A stretch of DNA of 64,000 nucleotides from Felis catus (Eukaryota), in the NCBI RefSeq assembly GCF_018350175.1, contig NC_058368.1, positions 227,728,001 to 227,792,000 of the forward strand. The letters run 5' to 3'. The notes beneath the pieces were generated by a model, which ran no database searches, was not told the origin of the DNA, and worked only from the letters and a program-made list of their open reading frames with translations. The position numbers were made by a program, and so were the translations under genes. How positions within the stretch are numbered: position 1 is the first letter of the stretch; every line of letters starts with the position of its first letter. This document shows positions 49,995 to 61,331 of this stretch, piece after piece.

Positions 49995-50923
49995 GGCACC
50001 CAAGTTAGTCTTGGGCTCCGCGGACGTATTTCCATGTGCTTTTTCTTCTTTTCTCAGAGAGCCGTGCCCAACCTCCTCCCTCCTGTCCGCCCCACCAACC
50101 TCACCCTCGTCTACAAAATAACCAATGAAGTTTTTGGCGAGGGAGTCACAGCCACCAACTCCACACTGGTTGTCTGTAATTCAAGTAAAGCATGAATGGA
50201 GCTTTTCCATGTTTTCAGTAACCCACGGCTTTCGAAAGTAACGAAAACCGCTCAGGACTTCTTGGTTGGACACGACGATACGGCACAAGCCCTTCATTCT
50301 GAGAAATGAGGGACAGGAGCCCAAAGGGTCTAAACATTCAAAGACCAACTTTTAATTTTTAAATCAGAGACTTTAAGTTTTACACAGAATATTAAAAAAC
50401 ACACATTATGCACTTGACATAATGTTACAGCTCGCAACCTATATACAGGTGTAACATTGCAGTATTCAATTTTCTCTTTCATTTAAAAATTGGTGGCAAG
50501 TTCCATATCCTGAGTCTTTATTCTTCTTCCACATTTCCAATTTCTACTTCCATGTCTCAATGCATTAGGGTCAAGCCTCCAGAAAATAACTCAAAGGCAT
50601 TCAGTTTTGTCTGCTGAAAAATATCTTACTTACAAACTCCTTCCACTCTGCTTTTTCTTTAAATCTCACTTATTGTCTTGTATTGCTTGCTAGTAACTTG
50701 TAAATCATCTGTAAAAGCAAGCAGCAAACCACCCTTCCAAGATTCTCTCTCTCTTTTCAAAACTGTATAAAAGCAAAATGTTTAAGACGGTGCTAACATT
50801 ACAGACTACATCCTCTTCAGGGTAACTTTCACCATAATCTCCACTTTATTCTGTCTGCACCAAAAGACCACAGGTTTACTTAGCTATTATCTACTGTTAC
50901 TCCAGGAGCAACCTTTAAGTTCT

Positions 50924-51138
50924 TTTTTTTTTTCAATGTTTATTTATCTTTGGGACAGAGGGAGACAGAGTGCAAGTGGGGGAGGGGCAGAGAGAGAGAG
51001 GGACACAGAATCCAAAACAGGCTCCAGGCTCTGAGCTGTCAGCACAGAGCCTGATGCGGGGCTGGAACCAATGAGTCTGTGAGATCATGACCTGAGCCCA
51101 AGTCGGACGCTTAACCGACTGAGCCACCCAGGCGCCCC
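50924..51138 (-). mobile_element. CanSINE (SINEC_Fc)
   Basis: Antisense SINEC. TSD tttaagttct at 50914-50923 and 51139-51148. Confidence 0.94.
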
Positions 51139-52589
51139 TTTAAGTTCTAAAATAGCTCATAACTTATCAGCCTTGCTTCATTTTAAAAATTATAAAAAAG
51201 ACAATGCTGGAATTTCTGCTTCAAACTAGCAATATCCATAAGGGTAACCCGAAGATGACACAGGACACTGGCCTCACATACTTTCTAAAAATCAATACAG
51301 AACAGTTCCTTCTTACATTAAAAAAAAAAAAAATCAAGAAATGGACAATCATGTTAACATTAAACAAAATTAAGCATGTGAATTTTCAAAGCAAAATGTG
51401 ATTCAGGGGGAAATCAAAGAAATATGGCTGCAACTTCTGCCTGAAAAACATTTGCCTCTGTAAATATCATTTTCAGGCCAAATGTACCCGGGTTCTGCAT
51501 CTCTCCGGCATATCAAGCAGAAAGAGAACACGTTTAATCACTTGCAGATCCAAGTCAAGGATTTGAGTATATTAAGCACTGAATGATTGCAAAATTATAT
51601 TTTAGGAGGATCTGTATCTCTGTAATCCAACTTAGATTAAGACCAAAATTAGATGAGAATTTGAGCATAAAATGTCACACATTTAAAAAGGGAAGGAAGT
51701 CCATATGCCAGAAACAGGGAGGGAAATGATAACCTTCAAGTTAAAAATAAAGTGGCTTTTTAGGGCCACAAAATGCACGGCTACACAGCGCCAGCCCAGC
51801 TTCCCGGAAACGTGACCGTTTCCTCTGGTTCTCACAAATCCCACCGCATAGAACTTCCCACTTAGGCCCTATTGGAGGCAGTTGCCTGGCCTTGAAAGAT
51901 AATCATCCTCCCTTTCTTCACATAATGAGATTAAGGCTGTGCCTTCTGAGGGTGGTCCAGCCTGGCTGTGCCAGCACCTTGCAGAGTCTGCCTGATGGAC
52001 AGGAGACTGACCGTAAAGCACGCCTTGTTCCCCAGGAGGGGTCTCGGAGGGTGAGGCCCTCAACGGGAGTCTGCCAGAAAGCCTGAACCGGGCGGCGGTG
52101 CCCCGGTATGCGACCCTCCCCACGGGGCTCAGAACACTTCCTTACATTTTGTTTAGCTATTCAGTGTCTCTGGCAGGGTACAAGACAGGAAATACTACTT
52201 TTTCAAGAGATGAAATCACAGGATTTGCAATCTGGAAGAGCTGTCAGGGATAAGTGCTGCCATACGAGCCTCTGGTTTTACAAAGGGAGCAGCCAGGGCC
52301 CATCAACTGAAGCCATCACCTAAGACCCCAAAGCGGGAGGCAGAGCTGGACTGGGGGTACCCTGGCGAGACGGCCCGCCCATCTGTCTCCGGCTCCTCCT
52401 ACGTCTGGCTCCACTCACAGAGCACAGGGGTCCAGAAACGGCCCTAGAAGCAGCAGCAACGGTATCTGCTTCCAATACAAAATGCTTTATGCCCAGTCTT
52501 CTAAAACTGCCATTTTTTAACAATCTGATTTCTCCCATGAGGGTAACCCCCCCCCCCCACTCGGGAGTAATCCCCATCGCGGAGGGAGG

Positions 52590-52770
52590 GCTGGTCTGGG
52601 CCTGAGTCCAGACCTTGCCCTTAGCATCTCTAGGACACCATGTAAGTCACCAAATCAAATCAATGTGGGTTGCAATGTCCTTATTTGTAAAATTGGGGGA
52701 GGGGGGTGCTGCCTCACAGAATTGTTACCAGGTTTAAAATATAACATGTAATAAAGTGCCTGCACAGGAC
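52590..52770 (+). mobile_element. MIR fragment
   Basis: 'aagtcac…tccttatttgtaaaattgggg…tgcctcacagaattgtt…aaagtgcctgcacag'. Confidence 0.55.
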
Positions 52771-52789
52771 CATCCATATTTCCTACCTA

Positions 52790-52957
52790 AAGGGTGGTCC
52801 CACAAACACCTGGCCTAGGAATCTTAGGGGACACTTGCTTAAATGCAGGATCCTATACCCTGCCTCATAGGTTCTGAGACAGAAGGTCTGAAGCGGGGCG
52901 GCACTTTACCCATTTCCCTGGGATATTCAATTGTGCACAGAAATCTGAGACCCACTG
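52790..52957. mobile_element. MER5-like hAT-Charlie MITE
   Basis: 'gaatcttagggga…cttgcttaaatgcag…cagaaggtctg…tgcacagaaatctgagacccactg'. Confidence 0.5.
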
Positions 52958-53087
52958 CCAAGGACAGATTAAAAGCTCCCCAGCATCTTTTATTTTTGAT
53001 GTTCATCACAGAGTAGATAATTTACTGGCTGTGGCGTGGGCTAAGGGTTGTAAACAATACAGGAGGATGTTGTGATGAGAAGGAACT

Positions 53088-53525
53088 CAGGGACATTTCC
53101 AACTTCACTGACCTTGACCCACAGTGAGAAATACATTCTTTTTTTTTTTAATTTTTTTTTTCAATGTTTGTTTTTGAGAGAGACAGAGTGCAAGTGGAGG
53201 AGGGTAGAGAGAGAGGGAGACCCAGAATACGAAGCAGGCTCCAGGCTCTGAGCTGTCGTTACAGAGCCCAACATGGGGTTCGAACCCACAACTGTGAGAT
53301 CATGACCTGAGCTCAAGTCGGACGCCCGACTGAGCCACCCAGGTGCCCCGAGAAATACATTCTACAATGTAACAGAGCACATGTCTTAGACACTGATTTT
53401 TCAGTCTCACAAAATAACCCTTGCTATGTGTGATGAACTCTGAGATTTCCTGTACAATTTCACTTTAGTCTACTCTTTCTTTTCTTTTTTAACGTTGGTA
53501 ACAACGTACTGCTTGAAAAATACCA
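53088..53525 (-). mobile_element. Charlie4a-like hAT MITE interrupted by a SINE
   Basis: 'gacccacagtgagaaatacattctaca' and 'acccttgctatgtgtgatgaactctgaga' resemble the recalled Charlie4a reverse complement. Confidence 0.6.
53140..53349 (-). mobile_element. CanSINE (SINEC_Fc)
   Basis: 14-bp TSD gagaaatacattct at 53126-53139 and 53350-53363. Confidence 0.95.
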
Positions 53526-55994
53526 ACCTATTTTACTTCCTCCAGAAATGGTTCTTCAGCCATAGTTCAGTGCTCACATGAGATCATGGCACAATGCAGG
53601 GTCCTGACCCCTATCCCAAAGATTCCGGCGCCTCACCCAGTGGGGCTCCGGGTGCAGCTGACGCATGTGGTCCATCACCCCACGTCCATGTCCGTGCCAG
53701 CCTACTCTTTGTAGGACAGTACAGTCCAGAGAAGATGCGGTGACCTGCTGAGACAGAATCCTCAAACCTGGAGGGTCTCCTACAGCCTGAAACAGCCACA
53801 AGCTCTGCCAGAAGCACCCACACTGGAAGGGACAGCACTCCCTCGAGGGACTGGTAGGACAGCTGGGGAAGTGGCAGAGGAAACAAATCTCCCTTGGCAC
53901 CAAGACGGAGGACTGAAGACACCCCCCCTCACCCCCCCCAGCTGAGCACTCTGAATAACAAAGCAGCTGCTCACAGACCCAGGCCTGGCTCTGGAAGGAA
54001 CTTTCCTACTCCATGGGGGCAGTGGGGCAAGGATCGCGGAGGAAACCCCATCAAAAAAAGAAGAAAACAAACACTCTTCATCTCCCCCCACCCCACATAC
54101 ACGCCCAAAGCACCTGGCCCTAAACTGGGTTCTCATAAGCCACCAGCTCTGCCAACATCCTGGTAACAAACATTCACGCACATCATGCCACCACGGTGGC
54201 CGCGACCTGTTTCTGCAAGTTCTGGGCCACCTGCGGTCACCTTGGACCAAGTCTCTCTTCACCCCTGACGGCATCAGGAACAGAGGCACTTGTCCTAAAC
54301 CTTGCGAACCCCACACGGAAGCGCAAAGCAACAGCCTCCCCGGGGAAGGAGCGATCGATCCACCAGCCTGACAAGGCTTCTTCCCACGGCGCCGCTGGCA
54401 CAAGGACCCACCTTCCACAGTTCCAGTCTCTTCCTAGGATTTCATTCATCTTGCAAAGTTCACCGGCTTTTGAAATGACAATTCCTCACGTTTCACCGGC
54501 AATTGGCGTCCTGTTTGGCGCGCGGCCCAGGAGAAGGACGGTGGCCCCCGGGTTGGAGCCCCGGCTCCGGCGGCTGCACAGTCCTGACGTGCCCACCCCC
54601 CCCCCACCCCCGGCGGCCAGGGTGCTGGCAGGGGGCTGCCCTGCGGGAGCACCTGTCCTCCGAGCCGCACAACCCACCCAGAGCACACTCAACTAGTGCC
54701 CCAGTGTCCACACCTTCCCTCTCCCCTGCCGCCCTTTCAAAGCAGGCTGAGATTTTATGTTCCCTGTGAACTACTCTGTTCAGTTTTTTTGTGTTTCGCT
54801 ATCACTTCTGTGGTACACGTGACACTCAGTGTCAGCTCAGGTCCTTGGGTGCCATTTACACAAGAGTTACTTTTTCTCCCCCAAGTTAAGTGATGTCACA
54901 GCCCTGGAGTAATACTTCTTCGGGGTTCTTAACATCAGGCTTCTTATGTGGGTCATCATGATTTCATAATAAAATAATGAAAATTATTTTAACAATAATT
55001 AGACACTCTGTACCCAACACCATCCTACGGCTCTTTAAGCAGATGACTTCACTGAATCACCCCAACACCTGCCGTGGAGGGTCAGTGGTACAGGGAGGGC
55101 AAGAGCTCCCAGGAGATCACACAGCAGGAGGCTGACAGCACAGGTTTACACACTGAGCAGAACCGTATCACCCTGTCGGTTCTTGTTTTAGATTTACATC
55201 TTTACTTACATAATCTATGAGAGAAAAGGTGCAGGTACTCATTAAAACAATACGCTCATGTTTCATTTACTTTCCTACTGAAGCTGGCGACGGAGTGTGG
55301 TGAACTGAAACCGTGTCCCCCTGGATGAGTCTCACCTACTTTTCAAAAGTTGCATTTAAAAATCCAACCTGTTTGGAGAAGGTAAAGGAGAATCTTCCTC
55401 CTCTCCAAGAGACACAGATGATAGTTATATTAAAAATCAACTGATTAAAAACACCTTTGTTCCTTTAAGAAACGCAGTCTCGTTCCTAAAGTTACTGAAT
55501 GTTTTAAGAACGTTTGATTTCAAACATCATTCATTTAACATTTTCCAAAACCTGAGACCATCTCACACTATTAGCATTAGTAACATAGAGAAAGAAGATA
55601 ATTTCGGATTACCTTTCCGAGGTAATCAGTAGGATTCCTCACTGAGAATCCTGCTGATTCTCAGTGATGAAGGGAACGGTCATGACCCTGTGTCCCGTGC
55701 AAATGCCCCTGGGGCACCACGGGTGCTGTGGCCACCACAGGCCCACAACTTCTGGAATGCTACCCATATGTGAAACAGCTGCACACGGCTTACCTTCACG
55801 TAACATTTTCTAATTAATTCGGTCAAGTGTGCCCTTGTCATCTTTGAGAAAAGGCAATTTTCCTGTAAATCAGAAATCTAATTTGAACAACTGAGCACAT
55901 CTGTGATCGAGCAAACTGCATTTGCGGTCAGACGGCAGGAGAAAGCAATGCACGAATGGAATCCTAATTCCCAACCTCTACACACTTTACACCT

Positions 55995-55996
<2 letters not shown>

Positions 55997-56028
<32 letters not shown>
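55997..56028. repeat. (GT)16 microsatellite
   Basis: Read directly. Confidence 0.95.
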
Positions 56029-56030
<2 letters not shown>

Positions 56031-56541
56031 ACTGCGTGTTGCAGGGGAGAGGAGGAGGCTATGTGAACATGTAAATAAAACACTCTCACCCCTCCTGAGG
56101 AGAAGGAGAGAGACAAGGGTGACTGCAAGGGTCATGACTAATGGTAAGAAGGACCCAAAGAGATTACAGATGAGAGGGTCACCTTTCCTTTCTGTGATGT
56201 CTCCTGGCAGTCATGTGACAAGACACAAGATGCCTGAAAGAGTGGACACTGAACGGCCAGGGTGTAACCATCACATACCCTATGGTGGCTGGCATTTGGG
56301 GTTCTGTTTTGTGGGGGTTTTTTAATTCCTGGGAATCTTAATAACGAACATGCTCAAGTCAAATGCAGGAGGAATGAGGTATGTAAAACATACCAAAAGA
56401 GATGCACCATAAGACCTTATAAACCTATCCCATTTAACACCCTGGTGCACAATGCTGAAAAAGCCACATATCCAGGGCAGTTCACACTGCTGGCTCCATG
56501 ACACTGGGTGGGCCCAGCTGTACTCTTCATCCCTCAGGGTA

Positions 56542-56753
56542 TTTTTTTTTTTTTTAATGTTTATCTATTTGGAGAGAGAGAACAAACAGGGGAGGGGCAG
56601 AGAGACAGAGGGAGACAGAGAATCTCAAGCAGGCTCTGCACTTCCAGTGCAGAGCCTGATGCAGGTATTGAACTCACAAACCGTGAGACCATGACCTGAG
56701 CTGAAATCAAGAGTTAGACAGACACTCATCTGACTCAGCCACCCAGGTGCCCC
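56542..56753 (-). mobile_element. CanSINE
   Basis: T-tail, gagagacagaggg linker and …agccacccaggtgcccc head. Confidence 0.92.
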
Positions 56754-57529
56754 CGCACAGGGGACCTCTGATTGCTTCCAGCATCTCAAGAGAGGTACCC
56801 AGCAGGAGAGGGCCTGGCTCTGGGCCAGGATGCCTGACTGGACTGCTACTTCCCCTCTCCAGCCCTGAGACCCAGGGGGGCAGGCTGCCTACCACACAAG
56901 GTCATCATGAAGATTTGCCTAAGCAAGGCAAGCGGGCCCATGAACCAAACAGAGGAAAAACAAACCTACTGACCCATTCAGGGCACAATGCCCATTACAC
57001 AATGCCCTGGAAGAAAAGCCATCCGTGACCAAGATACCGTGGGGTTGATAATATGGAATATGCCGACAACCAGAATCCCAGGTTGTTTCTAAGAGACCAT
57101 CCGTACTCCAATGACCATTCAGTTCTCTCTGAATGGGCGGGTACATGACACCAACCCCAGCAGCTCGACAAGGTGAAGCAGACACAAGAAAGGAAATGAA
57201 AATCATGTTGTTGTTTGAAATATCACTGCTTTTCAAAGAATCATATAAATAAGCGGGCAGGAAAAATTAACAATGATTGGACCAACGTGAATCTACAGAC
57301 AGCACCAGACAAGCCAAGTCCAGGGGTGCCGTGACCATTCATTCGTAAGCTCGGGAGAACAGCATCTGCGGTATTTCCGCAGTCAAGCCAGGTCACGGGG
57401 CAAGGTGCTGAGGGCAGACTGAGAAAACTCTGACACACTTACAGAAGGCTGGCCACAACAACGACAAGGAGAAAGTCACTATCACAATCCAAACGGCCGA
57501 CCCTGGTTAAGCTGTCGCCACGAGCCAAC

Positions 57530-57705
57530 CTCTGCATGGCTTCTCTCGCTGAGTCCTCACTGACACCCAGAAGCAGGTGCGGTTACCGCTCCTAGTTCAC
57601 AGAGGAGAAAACTGAACCCAGAGAAGCAGTTACATGCCCAAGATCAAAGAGCCAGTGAGCGGAGAGGGTGGGATTCAAAAGGGACTCCGGAACACAGGCT
57701 CTGAA
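57530..57705 (-). mobile_element. MIR
   Basis: 'cacagaggagaaaactgaacccagagaag…tgcccaagatca…ccagtgag…gggattcaaa'. Confidence 0.68.
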
Positions 57706-57924
57706 TCGCTAAAGTGCAAATTAAAAACACAATCAAATCACCATAAATCAATGACCAGTTCTCACAACTAGCTTCTTTCCTCACAACTCAGTTGCCTAAT
57801 TAGAAGCACTGAGGCCTGTGATCTGGCTGCTCAATTTCTACGTGCTTTGGAGCAGTAGACATGTCACTGGTAAAACTGCAAATACAGATTTGGCTCCCAC
57901 ACTTCCAAGGGAACACTGGGTCTC

Positions 57925-58030
57925 AGGGCTAGAGAGACCTCAGGAGTCATGTAGTACCAAGTCTTTGCTTCCTGGATGAAAAATCAAAGTTCAGAGAAGC
58001 TGAATGATGTTCTCAAGGTCACATCTGAGG
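57925..58030 (-). mobile_element. MIR/MIR3 core fragment
   Basis: 'gatgaaaaatcaaagttcagagaagctgaatgatgttctcaaggtcaca'. Confidence 0.5.
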
Positions 58031-58398
58031 GATCCAGGTCTAAATGAAGAAAGGGGGTAAGGATCAAATTTTTATCACTAGCATACTCACTAAAAATATA
58101 AAGGCATAATAAAGTGGGGCACACTTAGACCACAATCAAATTTGTCTCTGCCACCAACAATCAGGAACAGTGTATGGTAGCCAGCCCTGATGACAAACCC
58201 ACTACAGAGGAAAGCTCCTAAACAAAATGTAACAAATATCCCAGTTCAGTACTCTTTTAATTAGCATCACGTAACAAAGATGCATGCTTTGCAGGTAAAT
58301 TTGCGACAACATGTTTTTGGCTTACAAGTAGTTACAAGTAAGATTTGGGACCACAAAATTAAAAGCCAGTAAGACAAACTTCAAGTGTCATCTCTTTT

Positions 58399-58636
58399 TT
58401 GTTGTTGTTGTGAATTTTTTTTAATTTTTACATTTATTTATTTTTGAGAGACACAGAGAGACAGAGCCCTAGTTTGGGGAGGGGGGCAGAGAGAGAGGGA
58501 GACACAGAATCTGAAGCAGGCTCCAGGCTCTGAGCCATCAGCACAGAGCCTGACGCGGGGCTGGAACTCACAAACCATGAGATCATGACCTGAGCTGAAG
58601 TCAGACACTCAACTGACTGAGCCACCCAGGTGCCCC
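58399..58636 (-). mobile_element. CanSINE (SINEC_Fc)
   Basis: 17-bp TSD caagtgtcatctctttt at 58382-58398 and 58639-58655. Confidence 0.95.
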
Positions 58637-60149
58637 CCCAAGTGTCATCTCTTTTAACGTATATGTGCAGGAAATCTAGGCTATTATGTAAATTCACTTC
58701 TCCATTCTGGGCCAAATAGTTTCCTTTTTAAAATTACCCATGGTAAAAAATAAAAAATAAATAAATAAAATAAAATTACCCATGGTAAAACCCAAATTTA
58801 TAATGAGATTAATTTTCATCAAAAGTAAATGCCTCATTGTTTTGTTTTCTTCCTCCAAGTTTTTACAGTCACTATAAATAACATTAATTTTTTTTAATGT
58901 AAAAGGGGAAAAAAATCACCATACTTGCAGATTTGAAATCAGTGAATGAAGCAAAATAACATAACAGAGGACGTGTCTCATTACCTATGGTATCTCCTTC
59001 AGCCTGGTCAGAAAGAAACAGAATATGCCCTTGTCTATACATGTGCACTGGCTGATGACACAGACAAATCAGAGAGCCTTCTGTCAAAGGGAAACACACC
59101 TCTCAGTTTAATCCAGCCATTACAAAATAACTGGGTGACATAAAGGGACAGTTAGACTGATTTCTGGTGTTTAGCACAACCAAACACCCATGAGATTTGG
59201 ACAAACAGCGTCAGTCCCCTGCCCAAGAAATGAGGCACAGGACTGACTGACTCCACGACCTCCAGTCATCCGACCCAGGCGGCCCTTCTTCGCTGAGGTC
59301 TGGAAGTGCCTCTGATCACGAACACTCGAGGCCAGAGGACATCGAACACCAATGGTCACTTTCAGCCTTCATGATGGCCAGCGCACCCAGTCCTCCTCCG
59401 GTTCTCATGGTGCATGATCCAAACAGGGGAATGGGCCACTTTCCAGTAGGAGCACAGGCTGGTGCTCCCCACACCGTGAGAGCCTCCGTGTGGGGCGGAA
59501 GCCCTCTTTCTCAATGTGAGATCACTAGTCCTTTTGTCAGTTAATTTTTAATCAAGTCAGTTAAAGCAGAAAGTAATTAAAAAGACGCAAGCTTTTAAGT
59601 GCTCTGTTTCTTCACTCCTCCTGCTCAATAGGGTCACTACAGAGTCCAACTTAGGAGCCCTGCCCCTTGCTGTCGTCTTCAGACCTGGGCAACGAGGTCT
59701 TTCCTTTGAGCATGAACCTCAAAGCAGATGGGATGTTTTCACCGTCTGACCTGCATAAACCCTAACAGGCCAATTCTGGTGTTCACCCTTAAATGGAGCT
59801 AGAACACAGCGACACTGGAATAAACGCAAGGGCAGAATGCTTGTATTTACAATGGTCTCTTCCGCACCTGACAGGTTATTTTAAATGGACTGCTTTTATC
59901 AAGCCTTCCCGGATTGTTCAGTGTAGCAAGATTTTCTTTTCCCACCCATGCCTTAAACACTTGGATAACGTTTAATTACATTATATACAGGATAGCGAAA
60001 GCCTGGCATGAAGCAGTTTGGAAAAGAAACGCAACTCACTTTTGTGTAAGCGCTTTACTCAGGTGGGCAGAGCACAGAGCCCAAGTGTGCTAGGGGTGCA
60101 CTCTGCTCTGCAGCAGCTACAGTTCACGACAAGGTTAAGGTTTATTTTT

Positions 60150-60287
60150 AAAAGGGAGAGAGGGGGAGGAGGAAAGGAGAAAGAGGAGGGAGGAGGGGGG
60201 GAGGGGAGAAGGAGGGATGGGGAGGCCAGAAGAGGAAAAGGGCAGGACGGAGGTGGGAAGGGGAGGAGGAAGAAAGGAGGGAAAAAG
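60150..60287. repeat. GA-rich polypurine low-complexity tract
   Basis: Uninterrupted purines at 60150-60217 (68 nt), and almost pure purine to 60287. Confidence 0.9.
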
Positions 60288-60409
60288 TGCATTTTGCCTC
60301 CACTTCATTCCATTCACAGGAATCCTTCTGCCTCCATCTAAATTAGGTACAAAGCAGACTTGTCTCCCCTCTTGCCCTTATCAGTGTTTGCTAGGTTATT
60401 TGTACCAAA

Positions 60410-61065
60410 CGCACAAGCACACGACGTCCGGGAGGAAGAAGGACCTGGCCGAGCTCCGAACCCCTCTCGCGGCGCTCAATCCTTTCTTGGGTCCGAAGCA
60501 AGAGAGTCTAGGGGAGTAGCTCAGGCTCCTCGTCCCCACTCTGTCGCCGCCTAAGTGTGCTCCGAAAACGCGGCTTGCCCTATTCAGCGTTTTCGACGGC
60601 GAGAAGGTAAGTGAACCAGTTCGAGTACTGCACCAATAAAAGTCATGAGAATCACTTTCTCAAAATGTCGGACCCAAATCAAACTCAAATACGATGTGTC
60701 GATTAAATAATAAACCCACCCCCGTCTCCCGGGCTACAATCCGCAGACTCAGTGGATCATCAGCTTTGCCGCCCAGCACTTGGGGGGGCGGGGGGACCGT
60801 AGCTCTTTTCCTTCCTCAGTAATGCCAACAATTCCTCCCCACCCGCTGCAGCCCTTCCCCCGGCCCTCTGCTATCTGGCCGGCATCTAAACTTCGGACAG
60901 ACTTTGGAAGACACGCTGCAGCCCGGGACAGGCCTTCGACGGCAGCACGCGTGCGCCTCTGGGCGTGTGCGCACGTCTGCACGGGGAGGGGAGAGGCCCG
61001 CGGGGCCCTCTGTGAGTCAGTGTTGAATGACTGTCTTCAGAGGCTCTGACAACTGCGACACCGAC
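60410..61065. promoter_or_regulatory. CpG-enriched putative intronic regulatory element
   Basis: Many CpGs outside any recognisable repeat. AP-1 site TGAGTCA at 61013-61019. Palindrome GCACGCGTGC at 60945-60954. Confidence 0.5.
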
Positions 61066-61290
61066 TCTCACAAAGAGCAGTCGCTTTCAAGATGAAGGTA
61101 GGAGGCGGCCAAACCCAGAAACAAGATCGAGAGATTTTATCATTTTAGGAACAGATGTCACTTTTATATTTCTACTTAAAGTGCCCTTATAAGCATGCTG
61201 AGAGTATATGCAGCAAGCGAAACATCAGTTAACCCAAGCATTCAAAACTGACTTTTTCCCAAATATTTAAAATTAATAGCAATCTTTTAC

Positions 61291-61292
<2 letters not shown>

Positions 61293-61328
<36 letters not shown>
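61293..61328. repeat. A36 homopolymer (T36 on the TRIO sense strand)
   Basis: Read directly. No SINE or LINE body is attached. Confidence 0.9.

Positions 61329-61331
<3 letters not shown>

Noticed and set aside
53780..54418. 212-aa minus-strand ORF (longest in the window)
   Set aside because: Composition is rich in Arg/Gly/Cys/Trp/Pro, typical of non-coding GC-rich DNA. No recognisable homology.
563..58715. Family of similar short ORFs (…WVAQSVKRPTSAQVMIS…, e.g. 7916, 36220, 37437, 41779, 48169, 58434)
   Set aside because: These are translations of SINEC_Fc copies, not a gene family.
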